Shown here in pieces: positions 18,028 through 26,028 of a stretch of 64,000 nucleotides of DNA. Within the stretch, counting starts at the first letter, position 1. Each line of letters begins with the position of its first letter. This DNA comes from Alphaproteobacteria bacterium (lineage in GTDB: Bacteria > Pseudomonadota > Alphaproteobacteria > Rs-D84). Made by a program: the position numbers and the translations under genes. Location of the stretch: NCBI GenBank assembly GCA_017535105.1, contig JAFXUI010000001.1, positions 80,945-144,944 on the forward strand, written 5' to 3'. The notes below the pieces were generated by a model. The model searched no databases and was not told where the DNA came from. It was given only the letters and a program-made list of their open reading frames with translations.

Positions 18028-18282
18028 TTATTTTTGATTATCTGGGTTATTTGGGTCATCGTGAATATATTTTACAAAGTCATCAATCTTTTGTCCGGTC
18101 GAAGATAAAATCTTGGCAATACTGCCGGTTGATGGCCAACGTGGTTGACCAAATTTTGACCAGCGTTTGCTTTTATTAAATGTTGTTGGGTCTAAACCAC
18201 TTGACCGCGCAAGGCCCGAACAAGACATTCCGTGTTCGCACGCAAATTTTTCAATTGCCAACCATATCTGATCATGTGTCAT
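18028..18282 (-). CDS. Small HTH DNA-binding protein, phage CI/LexA-N-terminal-like family (paralog 1)
   Basis: 84 aa from ATG 18282 with GGGGAGAG RBS: MTHDQIWLAIEKFACEHGMSCSGLARSSGLDPTTFNKSKRWSKFGQPRWPSTGSIAKIL...; no peptidase S24 domain. Confidence 0.7.
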   Translation of the reverse strand: MTHDQIWLAIEKFACEHGMSCSGLARSSGLDPTTFNKSKRWSKFGQPRWPSTGSIAKILSSTGQKIDDFVKYIHDDPNNPDNQK

Positions 18283-18359
18283 TTTTCTCTCCCCGTTTTT
18301 GTTTTTCGGAACAGTTGAATTATGTGGCAAAAAAAGGCTTATTTTCAATAGGTTGGTTA

Positions 18360-18367
18360 TCCTAGGA
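18360..18367. promoter_or_regulatory. Palindromic motif TCCTAGGA (CCYAGGAA half-site family) upstream of paralog 1
   Basis: Perfect 8-nt palindrome about 78 bp upstream of the minus-strand HTH gene start. Confidence 0.3.
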
Positions 18368-18541
18368 AATATTAGAACAAATAAAAATGATGATATGTTT
18401 TTATAAAAATACATAAAATATATTAGGAAAAATTGTCAATTTATAATAGATATTTATGTGCTGTATGTACCTGTTTTCCAAGTTTTTTTAATATAACGAT
18501 TCCTTTTTTAGAAACCCATTACATAAAAATGGGATAACAAA

Positions 18542-18565
18542 AATTCCCAGGAATTAAAATATAAT
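18542..18565 (+). promoter_or_regulatory. Operator-like palindrome AATTCCcaGGAATT abutting -10 TATAAT (18560-18565) of paralog 2
   Basis: 6-nt perfect arms with 2-nt centre, immediately upstream of TATAAT and 32 nt before AAGGAG-ATG of gene 18597. Confidence 0.4.
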
Positions 18566-18596
18566 GGACCGCGGTCATACAAAAAAGGAGATTAAA

Positions 18597-18824
18597 ATGA
18601 CTCATCAAGAGATCTGGCAAGCCATTGATAATTTCGCTTTTCAGCAAAAGATGTCTTGTTCTGGATTAGCAAAATTTGCAGGTTTAGATGCGACAACATT
18701 TAACAAAAGCAAACGTTGGTCTAAATATGGACAACCGCGGTGGCCGTCCACAGGCAGTATTGCCAAAATATTAAACTCTACGGGGAAAACAATAAGCGAT
18801 TTTATAAAATGTATTTGTGACTGA
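18597..18824 (+). CDS. Small HTH DNA-binding protein, paralog 2 of 18028..18282 (divergently oriented)
   Basis: 75 aa from ATG 18597 (AAGGAG 6 nt upstream): MTHQEIWQAIDNFAFQQKMSCSGLAKFAGLDATTFNKSKRWSKYGQPRWPSTGSIAKIL...; about 75% identical to paralog 1. Confidence 0.7.
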   Translation: MTHQEIWQAIDNFAFQQKMSCSGLAKFAGLDATTFNKSKRWSKYGQPRWPSTGSIAKILNSTGKTISDFIKCICD

Positions 18825-18868
18825 TATATTTTTATTTACAACAATATTTATGTGTATAAGATAAGAAT

Positions 18869-19627
18869 ATGTCTACATTAAAATCAAAAATACTTTTATT
18901 GAAAGAACTATTGGCACTGAAGGAAGTTGTTGATAAGGGTAGTATCCAAACCGCCGCTGGTGAAAACGGCATTAAAAATTCTAATCTATCCACTTTGATT
19001 AAAAATTTGGAAGATAGATTTAATACTAAACTTATCAACCGTGGTGTCGGTGGCAGTCAACCGACAAATTCAACCCAGATGATATACAACGATATTTGTG
19101 CCATAGAAGAAATACTTAACAAAATCACAGAAAACTTTGTTGATATGGACTCTTTGTCTGGGTCTGTTTCTGTCTGGACAGAAGAGGGCTTAATCGGCAG
19201 TTTTATTCTTAAAGATTTGTCAGAGTTTTATGCGAAATATCCAAAAATTCGTCTTGAATTGTTGATGAAGCAAGAACCCGATATTTCCACAATGGATATT
19301 TTGATTATCAAATCAAAAATTCACCCAAATATTCATGGGCATATTTTGTTCAAGTTCAAGACATCGCTGAAATTCTATGCAAGTAAAAAATACCTTAATG
19401 AACGCGGCGTTCCGAAAAACATAAACGATTTATTGGAAAATCACGATTTGTGTATGTCAAGTCGCTATATGAATTTACCGGAATACAAGGGGTTGATGAA
19501 ACGGGCAAAGCACCTGAATACCACATCAGATTCACTGGCGTTGATATACCGACTTGTTAATGATGGTGATGGTATAACGTTTTCCCATCGTGGTTTGAAG
19601 AATGCAGTAAAGAACTTGTGTGTTTAG
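18869..19627 (+). CDS. LysR-family transcriptional regulator, apparently frameshifted (C-terminal about 45 aa continue in another frame to 19770)
   Basis: N-terminal HTH LKELLALKEVVDKGSIQTAAGENGIKNSNLSTLIKNLEDRFNTKLINR; LysR substrate-binding domain; downstream frame encodes ...ELVCLEDLDFNFETEIQCICRTEIAESPKVQAFVNFFIDF, a typical LysR C-terminus. Confidence 0.65.
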   Translation: MSTLKSKILLLKELLALKEVVDKGSIQTAAGENGIKNSNLSTLIKNLEDRFNTKLINRGVGGSQPTNSTQMIYNDICAIEEILNKITENFVDMDSLSGSVSVWTEEGLIGSFILKDLSEFYAKYPKIRLELLMKQEPDISTMDILIIKSKIHPNIHGHILFKFKTSLKFYASKKYLNERGVPKNINDLLENHDLCMSSRYMNLPEYKGLMKRAKHLNTTSDSLALIYRLVNDGDGITFSHRGLKNAVKNLCV

Positions 19628-19787
19628 AAGATTTAGATTTTAATTTTGAAACTGAAATTCAGTGTATTTGCCGAACGGAAATCGCCGAATCACCAAAGGT
19701 CCAGGCATTTGTGAATTTCTTTATAGATTTCTGCACCGGCCACAATGTTCCAATTGATATTTATTATTGATGGAAAAAGGAAAATAA

Positions 19788-20324
19788 ATGAAAATATATT
19801 TTGATATGGACGGAGTGTTGGCGCATTTTGATGCTATGCGTCCAAACGATAAAGATTTGAATCATCCAAGTGAAGATTTATCGCCAGAAAAACGTATTGC
19901 AAAGAAGTTATTCTGGCAGGAAATAGAAAAACAACCGAATTTTTGGCGCGATATCCCAGTGATGCCGAATACTGAAAATTTGTTAACGACCGCGTTTGAT
20001 ATGGGGGAAATATTTGTTCTTAGTAAAACACCAGGGGCTAAAAAGTTTATTGGTGGTCAAAAATATGTTGACTTTGTTGCAAATGAAAAACGTAAATGGA
20101 TAGCAAAACATTTAAATAAATTTTTTGATGAAAAACATGTGATTATTTGTGATGGATATAAGGGTGAATTAATGCATCCTCTGAAAACAGATATATTGGT
20201 TGATGATAGACAAGAAAATATAAAAGAGTGGGAATCATACGGTGGAGTTGGTGTTTTGTTTACCAATGCGGTTGATACAGCAAAAAGGTTGCTTTTACTA
20301 AAAAGTCGTACAAACATAAAATAA
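19788..20324 (+). CDS. HAD-superfamily 5'(3')-deoxyribonucleotidase (NT5C family, phage-associated type)
   Basis: MKIYFDMDGVLAHFD motif I (DxDGV), 178 aa, AAAAAGGAAAA RBS. Confidence 0.7.
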   Translation: MKIYFDMDGVLAHFDAMRPNDKDLNHPSEDLSPEKRIAKKLFWQEIEKQPNFWRDIPVMPNTENLLTTAFDMGEIFVLSKTPGAKKFIGGQKYVDFVANEKRKWIAKHLNKFFDEKHVIICDGYKGELMHPLKTDILVDDRQENIKEWESYGGVGVLFTNAVDTAKRLLLLKSRTNIK

Positions 20325-20341
20325 GATTCTTTAACTAATTC

Positions 20342-20372
20342 AAAAGTGGTGAAAATCGCCACTTTTATTTTT
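20342..20372 (+). terminator. Rho-independent terminator after NT5C gene
   Basis: AAAAGTGGTGAAAATCGCCACTTTTATTTTTAG. Confidence 0.6.
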
Positions 20373-20373
20373 A

Positions 20374-20390
20374 GGGTGGAGAGTGGATTT
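20374..20390. repeat. Duplicate of tRNA-fMet 3'-end segment (13-nt exact match GGAGAGTGGATTT to 20562-20574); att-like scar
   Basis: GGGTGGAGAGTGGATTT versus tRNA region TGGTTGCGGAGAGTGGATTT; a chance 13-mer match in 64 kb is expected about 0.002 times. Confidence 0.5.
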
Positions 20391-20524
20391 CCCTCGGCAT
20401 AAATGCCTGCGGGCAAATTTGTAGTTGCTTGAACTTCGCTTGCGCTTGTTCTCGCATACAAATTTTGAACCGGCAACTGCGTTGCGGGTCGCAAACCACG
20501 TCCAACAACAAATTAAATAAAAAA

Positions 20525-20547
20525 CACGCCACAAGGGCGTTTTTTTA
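20525..20547 (-). terminator. Terminator downstream of tRNA-fMet (bidirectional hairpin)
   Basis: ACGCCACAAGGGCGT flanked by A-run and T-run. Confidence 0.6.
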
Positions 20548-20554
20548 TTTAAAC

Positions 20555-20631
<77 letters not shown>

Positions 20632-20644
20632 ATAAGTGCTGTTT

Positions 20645-20672
20645 ATTATATACTAAAATCACCAAGTGTCAA
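20645..20672 (-). promoter_or_regulatory. Consensus sigma70 promoter for tRNA-fMet (TTGACA-16 nt-TATAAT on minus strand)
   Basis: Reverse complement catTTGACActtggtgattttagtaTATAATaaacagcacttat then tRNA 5' end. Confidence 0.65.
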
Positions 20673-20706
20673 ATGAAATGTGGAAAATATGTCCGTGCTT
20701 TTCGGT

Positions 20707-20746
20707 TGTCATCCCCGCGAAGGCGGGGATCCAGTGCCCCGCAGGG
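20707..20746 (+). repeat. Palindromic interspersed repeat, copy D
   Basis: tgtcatccccgcgaaggcggggatccagtgccccgcaggg. Confidence 0.7.
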
Positions 20747-20799
20747 AATTTATAATTGTGTCGCGACAAAGTCGCGTGCATTGTTATTTACTGTCTGCG

Positions 20800-20835
20800 A
20801 CGCAGTGGATACCGGCCTTCGCCGGTATGACGAGT
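20800..20835 (-). repeat. Palindromic interspersed repeat, diverged copy E (inverted)
   Basis: Reverse complement cactcgtcataccggcgaaggccggtatccactgcg; same architecture with CCGGCGAAGGCCGG core. Confidence 0.5.
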
Positions 20836-20909
20836 GTGATGTATTCTTTGTACCGGTCACTAACGTCGCACCCTTGCATATTGCTTTTTTTATTGCTAAA
20901 CTTGTGAAC

Positions 20910-21713
20910 ATGGCAAAAAAGAAAAGTTTGTTTAGACGGGTATGGAAGGGGTTTTGGGACATTGTTTTAAGCATTGGGCTTATACAATGGCTGATTGCCG
21001 TACTTATTGCGACACCAATTTGGTTTGTATATTTGACAAGTCGTATAAAAATTACGGGCTATGAAATATTTAAGCAATACCGGAAAAAACCGGCCATATT
21101 TGTATTCTGGCATGGGCGCAGTATGATGTTATCGCCAATTATTGCGGTTGGTGGTATGCGGGCGTATGCAATATCCAGCAAGCATCACGATGGGCGCATA
21201 ATGGCCAAGGTGCAACGTTTATTCGGTTTGCGTCCGATTTACGGGTCAACAACGGACGGTGGGTTGTCGGTGTTGCGTGGCGGTTTGCGCGTGTTGGCGG
21301 ACGGTCGCTATTCGTTGTGTATTTCACCAGACGGGCCGGGGGGACCATCGTTGCGTGTTCAAGACGGCGCGTTATATTTTGCTAAAATGAGTGGTGCGCC
21401 AATTATTCCAGTGTGTTATTCTGCATCGCGTGCATGGTTTATGAATCGCTGGGACCGGTATTTAATTGTGAAACCTTTTTCACGTGTAAAGTGTGTTTTG
21501 GGTGATCCGATTTTTGTGCCACGTCGTGCGACTGAAACAGAGTTTAATGAAATCAAAAATTCGCTTGAAAAATATATGGTTGATATGGTCCATAAAATGG
21601 ACGGCGAATTTAATCATAAAATGGTAGAGCAAGATTACAAGGCGGGTCGGTTCAAGCGGGAATTGCGTGCGGCACGTGCCGAACGCCGCAATAAAAAGAA
21701 AGGGTTGATATAA
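20910..21713 (+). CDS. DUF374-domain lysophospholipid acyltransferase-family protein (classically linked to kdtA/lpxK)
   Basis: 267 aa from ATG 20910 (ORF-track N-extension overlaps the tRNA and repeats and is spurious); TM anchor then IFVFWHGRSMM...; TAATG overlap with lpxK. Confidence 0.7.
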   Translation: MAKKKSLFRRVWKGFWDIVLSIGLIQWLIAVLIATPIWFVYLTSRIKITGYEIFKQYRKKPAIFVFWHGRSMMLSPIIAVGGMRAYAISSKHHDGRIMAKVQRLFGLRPIYGSTTDGGLSVLRGGLRVLADGRYSLCISPDGPGGPSLRVQDGALYFAKMSGAPIIPVCYSASRAWFMNRWDRYLIVKPFSRVKCVLGDPIFVPRRATETEFNEIKNSLEKYMVDMVHKMDGEFNHKMVEQDYKAGRFKRELRAARAERRNKKKGLI

Positions 21714-22615
21714 TGAAAACGCCATATTGGTTTATGCATAAAACTTTGCTGGCTTTTATTTTGGTGCCGTTTTCATGGGTATATTATGGCGTATCGCGCG
21801 CGGTGTTCGGTGTTCGTAAAATGCGTGCCTATAAATCAAAACGACCGGTTATTTGTATTGGAAATATTTTGGCGGGTGGGGTTGGTAAAACACCAATTGT
21901 TCGTGAAATTGCGACATATTTAGACGCACCGGTGGTTATGCGTGGATACAAGAAATCGGCGCATACAGGAAATATTGGGGACGAGGCGACAATGCTTTCG
22001 CGTGCCGGTTTAATTGTTCATACGGGTAATCGCAAAAGTAATGTTATGCTGCTGGATCGTCAGCGCGATAAATCGCCAATAGTTATGGACGATGGATTAC
22101 AAAACCCAACGGTTGAAAAAAATATTTCAATAGTGGTGTTTGATGAATCTATTGGTTTTGGAAATGGGTTTTTATTGCCGGCGGGTCCATTACGCGAACC
22201 GCGTGATCATATTGCAAATGCCGATGCGATTATGATTGTACGTTCCAAGAATCGCAAAAAAAACTTTACGATTCCAACGGGTGTGCCGGTATTCTATGCG
22301 ACAAATCAAACCATATCGCCGTATGATGAAAAAACACCGATTGTTGCGTTTGCGGGAATTGGTTACCCAAAAAAGTTTTTTGCGTGCTTAAATAACGTTG
22401 TTGCGCGTCGCGCGTTTCCAGACCATTATCAGTACACAGATGCCGATATTGAAAAACTGTTAAAGTTGGCGAAAAGCAAAAAAGCAAAATTAGTCACGAC
22501 TGAAAAAGACTGGGTGCGGTTGCCAGAAAGCGTACGTGATAAAATAAAGTTCGCGACACTGAAAACAGAGATTCAAGGCGACTTTTGGAATTGGTTGGGG
22601 GAGAAATTAAAATGA
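21713..22615 (+). CDS. lpxK: Tetraacyldisaccharide 4'-kinase
   Basis: 300 aa; CIGNILAGGVGKTP P-loop signature of LpxK. Confidence 0.9.
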   Translation: MKTPYWFMHKTLLAFILVPFSWVYYGVSRAVFGVRKMRAYKSKRPVICIGNILAGGVGKTPIVREIATYLDAPVVMRGYKKSAHTGNIGDEATMLSRAGLIVHTGNRKSNVMLLDRQRDKSPIVMDDGLQNPTVEKNISIVVFDESIGFGNGFLLPAGPLREPRDHIANADAIMIVRSKNRKKNFTIPTGVPVFYATNQTISPYDEKTPIVAFAGIGYPKKFFACLNNVVARRAFPDHYQYTDADIEKLLKLAKSKKAKLVTTEKDWVRLPESVRDKIKFATLKTEIQGDFWNWLGEKLK

Positions 22616-23553
22616 CCACATTATTAAAAACTATAAAATTAGTGGGCAAAGGTATTCATTCGGGGTTGTCAGTTGAAATAAAAATCAAACCGTCAAAAAA
22701 GCCGGGTATTTTCTTTCAGCGCGTTGACATCGCAGGGTCAAAACCGATGCCCGCAAAATACGATAATGTGGGTGAGGCGAAAATGCGCAACACCACGATT
22801 GGCGCTGTATCGGGCGCGCATGTACAAACAGTTGAACATTTAATGGCGGCATTATTTATTTGTGGTGTGGACAGTGCGTTGGTTGAAATAAATGGGGCGG
22901 AAACACCAATTATGGACGGCAGTGCGTTTTTGTTCATAAATGAAATTATGCGGGCCGGTGTGACGCGCGGAAAAATGCGTAAGATTATTGTTAAAAAGCC
23001 GGTTGTCGCCTATACACGTGAAGTGCGACGTGAATTACCAAAACTGTTTCGGTTGAAATTATGGATTGCTGACAAAATCGCGCATCGTAAAAGTGATGGT
23101 TTTGTAAAACTTTCGCCAAATGATGGAAAATCATTGGATATAACTGCGACACTGGTTTATCCAGAAAAAATTATTGGTTCACAAACATATTCTTATGCTT
23201 TTGACGGAACAAAAAAGTCTGCGAACACGTTTATAAAGCAAATTGCACGTGCGCGTACTTTTGGAAAATATTCCGAATGGGAATACCTTAAAAAACACGG
23301 TATGGGGCGGGGCGCAGACGAAACAAATGTAATCGCGCTGAATAACGCAGGTGATGGAACATTAAACAAACTTATGTGGCCGGACGAATTTGTGCGACAC
23401 AAGATAATTGATGCGGTTGGCGATATGGCAACATCGGGTGGTATCATTTGTGGAAAACTGGAATCATATAAGGGAAGTCATGCACTGAATAATATCGTGT
23501 TGAAAAAGTTGTTCAGTGATGTTGAAAATTATGATATAGTTGAAGAGAAATAA
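22612..23553 (+). CDS. lpxC: UDP-3-O-acyl-N-acetylglucosamine deacetylase
   Basis: 313 aa from ATG 22612 (GGGAGA RBS): MTTLLKTIKLVGKGIHSG...HVQTVEHLMAAL..., LpxC hallmarks; ATGA overlap with lpxK. Confidence 0.9.
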   Translation: MTTLLKTIKLVGKGIHSGLSVEIKIKPSKKPGIFFQRVDIAGSKPMPAKYDNVGEAKMRNTTIGAVSGAHVQTVEHLMAALFICGVDSALVEINGAETPIMDGSAFLFINEIMRAGVTRGKMRKIIVKKPVVAYTREVRRELPKLFRLKLWIADKIAHRKSDGFVKLSPNDGKSLDITATLVYPEKIIGSQTYSYAFDGTKKSANTFIKQIARARTFGKYSEWEYLKKHGMGRGADETNVIALNNAGDGTLNKLMWPDEFVRHKIIDAVGDMATSGGIICGKLESYKGSHALNNIVLKKLFSDVENYDIVEEK

Positions 23554-23569
23554 AAATACGGGGGAAACT

Positions 23570-23950
23570 ATGAAGAAAATATTTGCTTTATTGGGAATTC
23601 TTGCACTGGCGGCATGTGGCGGTATGATTAAAAATGAAAACGGCAGTGAATTTATCACCCAATTAGACGCGGAACCAATCGGTTGTACATTTTTGTATAA
23701 ATTGGAAACAGAGGTCAGTGTTTATGATGCCGAAGATGCACGCCGGTATATGGAAAACCGTATCGCAGACCAGGCACGTCCGGGTAATGCGTACTGGATT
23801 GTTTCCCAACGTACAAAACCAAATGAATGGGTAATATTTGGCCCAGAACGTTCGTTTGTCTTGGTTGCAAACGTGTATGATTGTCCACACCCAAGTAATA
23901 TGCGCACTGCGCGTGACGGTGGGTCGGCGACAGCATCGTATGGGTATTAA
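23570..23950 (+). CDS. Lipoprotein of unknown function
   Basis: MKKIFALLGILALAACGG lipobox; GGGGGA RBS; 126 aa. Confidence 0.6.
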   Translation: MKKIFALLGILALAACGGMIKNENGSEFITQLDAEPIGCTFLYKLETEVSVYDAEDARRYMENRIADQARPGNAYWIVSQRTKPNEWVIFGPERSFVLVANVYDCPHPSNMRTARDGGSATASYGY

Positions 23951-23976
23951 TAAATCTGGTTTTTTTATAAGATTTT

Positions 23977-24012
23977 GTCCCGTCAATAAAAATGACGGGA
24001 TTTTTTATTCTG
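23977..24012 (+). terminator. Strong rho-independent terminator
   Basis: GTCCCGTCAATAAAAATGACGGGATTTTTTATT. Confidence 0.75.
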
Positions 24013-24025
24013 TGTTTGCCAAGGC

Positions 24026-25330
24026 GTGTTATTTTGTGTTATAATTACACAAAAGCAGAGAGAGAAATTGACAAATCAAACAGTAACGGTTCGTAAAAGG
24101 AAGTATGCCGTTGATCTTTTTTGGCAACCGGTGTCTTCGCGTGGGGGTGGGCGCAGTGGCGCGCACCGTCTTGCGCATGAAATTGATGGCCGTTACAGCC
24201 TGTATATCGAATACAACCAAATGATTGGCCTTGCCATGCGCAAGAGCGGCGCACGGCGCGGAATGGCATCTGCGGCAGCCGAGGTTGTAGAAGCAATGTC
24301 GGAACATTCGACATTTTTGGCGGCGTTTGAAATAAATGGCGGTTTTTATATTGTTGCGGTTCGTAACGGTATTATTTTACAAGATAAATTTTATGATTCT
24401 GAATCTGCGGCACGAAATGAATATTCGGCACTTGCGGAAATGCCTGATTGGGCGGCCTTTATCGCGCCAAGTGCATGGGGAATGCCACGTGCGGTTGAAT
24501 ATAAATTGGAAGATGTTATAACCGGCCATTCGCATGCGACATTGCGGTCGATAAGTTTATATGGTTCGCTGATTGTTTCGGTTGGTTTAATTGTTTTGTT
24601 TGTCGGAACAATGCTCTGGATTTTCAGTGACCCGATTGTACAAACGGTTTCACCACGTTCAGAAATTGGAAAGGTTGATTCTGAATTGGCTGCGGAATAT
24701 AAACGCCAGGTTGAACAGAAAAACAAACAGTTAGATGCGGAATATAACATCGAAAAGAAATTACCCCCAGAACCGATTGTTTTGCCGTACGAAATTTTGC
24801 CGGATATGATGGGGCGGGCCGATGTTTGCTATCGTGCGATTGGATTTTTAATGCAACAGATTCCGGGTTGGATTCAAACACGTGTAAAGTGTGACGAAAC
24901 ACACGCAACGGCACAAATTCGTCGTTCGTTTGGAACGTTGGGTGATTTTTATACTGTGGCATCTGATTTGATGCCGGGCGCATACGTTCAAGAATTGTCT
25001 GATGATTTGGTTTCTGTGCGTGTTAAATTGCCAGACGTTGATATTGTCCCAAGTCAAGATGAACGTGATGCGGATACAATTGTTCGTGATGTGACAACAC
25101 TGTTCCAGGGTATAAATACATCGGCGGAAATTCACGCGGTCACAGACACGGTGACAAATGGTGTTGATACTGAAAACTTTGATATCGTTGAAATTGCAGC
25201 ATCGTCAAAAATGGTGCCAATGCAGTTTATGCAAATATTTGCAGATTTCGGCGGTGTTTATTTGACGGCGTGTGATTGGAATTATTCTAATCGCACATGG
25301 AACTATGAGGTGATAATCTATGCTAAATAA
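24026..25330 (+). CDS. Bitopic inner-membrane assembly protein, GspL/BfpC/PilO(R64)-like (cytoplasmic about 180 aa, one TM, periplasmic about 220 aa); first gene of orphan T2SS/T4bP-like cluster
   Basis: Single TM LYGSLIVSVGLIVLFVGTMLWIF mid-protein; architecture and position before PilP-like protein, GspE ATPase and GspF platform; likely real start TTG 24068 after TGtTATAAT (24037-24045) and GAGAGAGA RBS. Confidence 0.45.
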   Translation: MLFCVIITQKQREKLTNQTVTVRKRKYAVDLFWQPVSSRGGGRSGAHRLAHEIDGRYSLYIEYNQMIGLAMRKSGARRGMASAAAEVVEAMSEHSTFLAAFEINGGFYIVAVRNGIILQDKFYDSESAARNEYSALAEMPDWAAFIAPSAWGMPRAVEYKLEDVITGHSHATLRSISLYGSLIVSVGLIVLFVGTMLWIFSDPIVQTVSPRSEIGKVDSELAAEYKRQVEQKNKQLDAEYNIEKKLPPEPIVLPYEILPDMMGRADVCYRAIGFLMQQIPGWIQTRVKCDETHATAQIRRSFGTLGDFYTVASDLMPGAYVQELSDDLVSVRVKLPDVDIVPSQDERDADTIVRDVTTLFQGINTSAEIHAVTDTVTNGVDTENFDIVEIAASSKMVPMQFMQIFADFGGVYLTACDWNYSNRTWNYEVIIYAK

Positions 25331-26015
25331 AATAAAAATGTTTATGGTGTGTGTGCTTGTTGGTGGCATGTTTGCAACCACAGCGTCATATTCCGCGACC
25401 GAAGAAATATTGGTTGATGATGTTGATATGGAAGAAGTTTCGGCCGATGCGGTTGCGAACTATGATGTTTCGGGCAGTGTGTTCCAACAAATAACCGATT
25501 TGGAACAAGAAAAAGTTTTAATGCAACTTGAAAAAGAACGCGCACAACTGGATTTAGATTTAGACAGATTGGCCGCAGAAAAAATAAAACTGCACATGGA
25601 AATTGATGCGTTGTCTGGCCGCGCAGATGTACAACAGCAAGAACTGGAAACCCAAATGGCAAAATTGGAAGCAGAAGCCGTACGTTTGGAAAAAGAAAGA
25701 GAAAAATTAGAAGCCGAAGATGAAAAACCAACTGCGTCTTCAAAATCATCATCGGGTTCTTCGTCCAGTTTGTTTGCCGAAGAAGAAAAGAAAGACAATC
25801 CTATTTCCAAAAAATATAAATTGGTGAATGTTATTGGTGCGGGTTCCCAACTTCAGGCAACAATTGCAGATTTGGCAACCGGTCAAAACAAACGTATTTC
25901 AGCAGGACGTGTTTTAGATGGATATGTTGTTAAATCTATATCGCTGGACGAAGGTGTTGTGTTGGTCAAAGGTTCCGACACACAAACATTAAACGTGAAC
26001 AACAACTCAAAATAA
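25320..26015 (+). CDS. PilP/GspC-like periplasmic protein (N-terminal anchor, coiled coil, Ser-rich linker, C-terminal beta domain)
   Basis: MLNKIKMFMVCVLVGGMFATTASYSA; coiled coil LEQEKVLMQLEKERAQLDLDLDRLAAEKIKL...; C-terminal KYKLVNVIGAGSQLQATIADLATGQNKRISAGRVLDGYVVKSISLDEGVVLVKG resembles PilP/GspC HR domain. Confidence 0.45.
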   Translation: MLNKIKMFMVCVLVGGMFATTASYSATEEILVDDVDMEEVSADAVANYDVSGSVFQQITDLEQEKVLMQLEKERAQLDLDLDRLAAEKIKLHMEIDALSGRADVQQQELETQMAKLEAEAVRLEKEREKLEAEDEKPTASSKSSSGSSSSLFAEEEKKDNPISKKYKLVNVIGAGSQLQATIADLATGQNKRISAGRVLDGYVVKSISLDEGVVLVKGSDTQTLNVNNNSK

Positions 26016-26028
26016 TTTAAGTGAAAAA

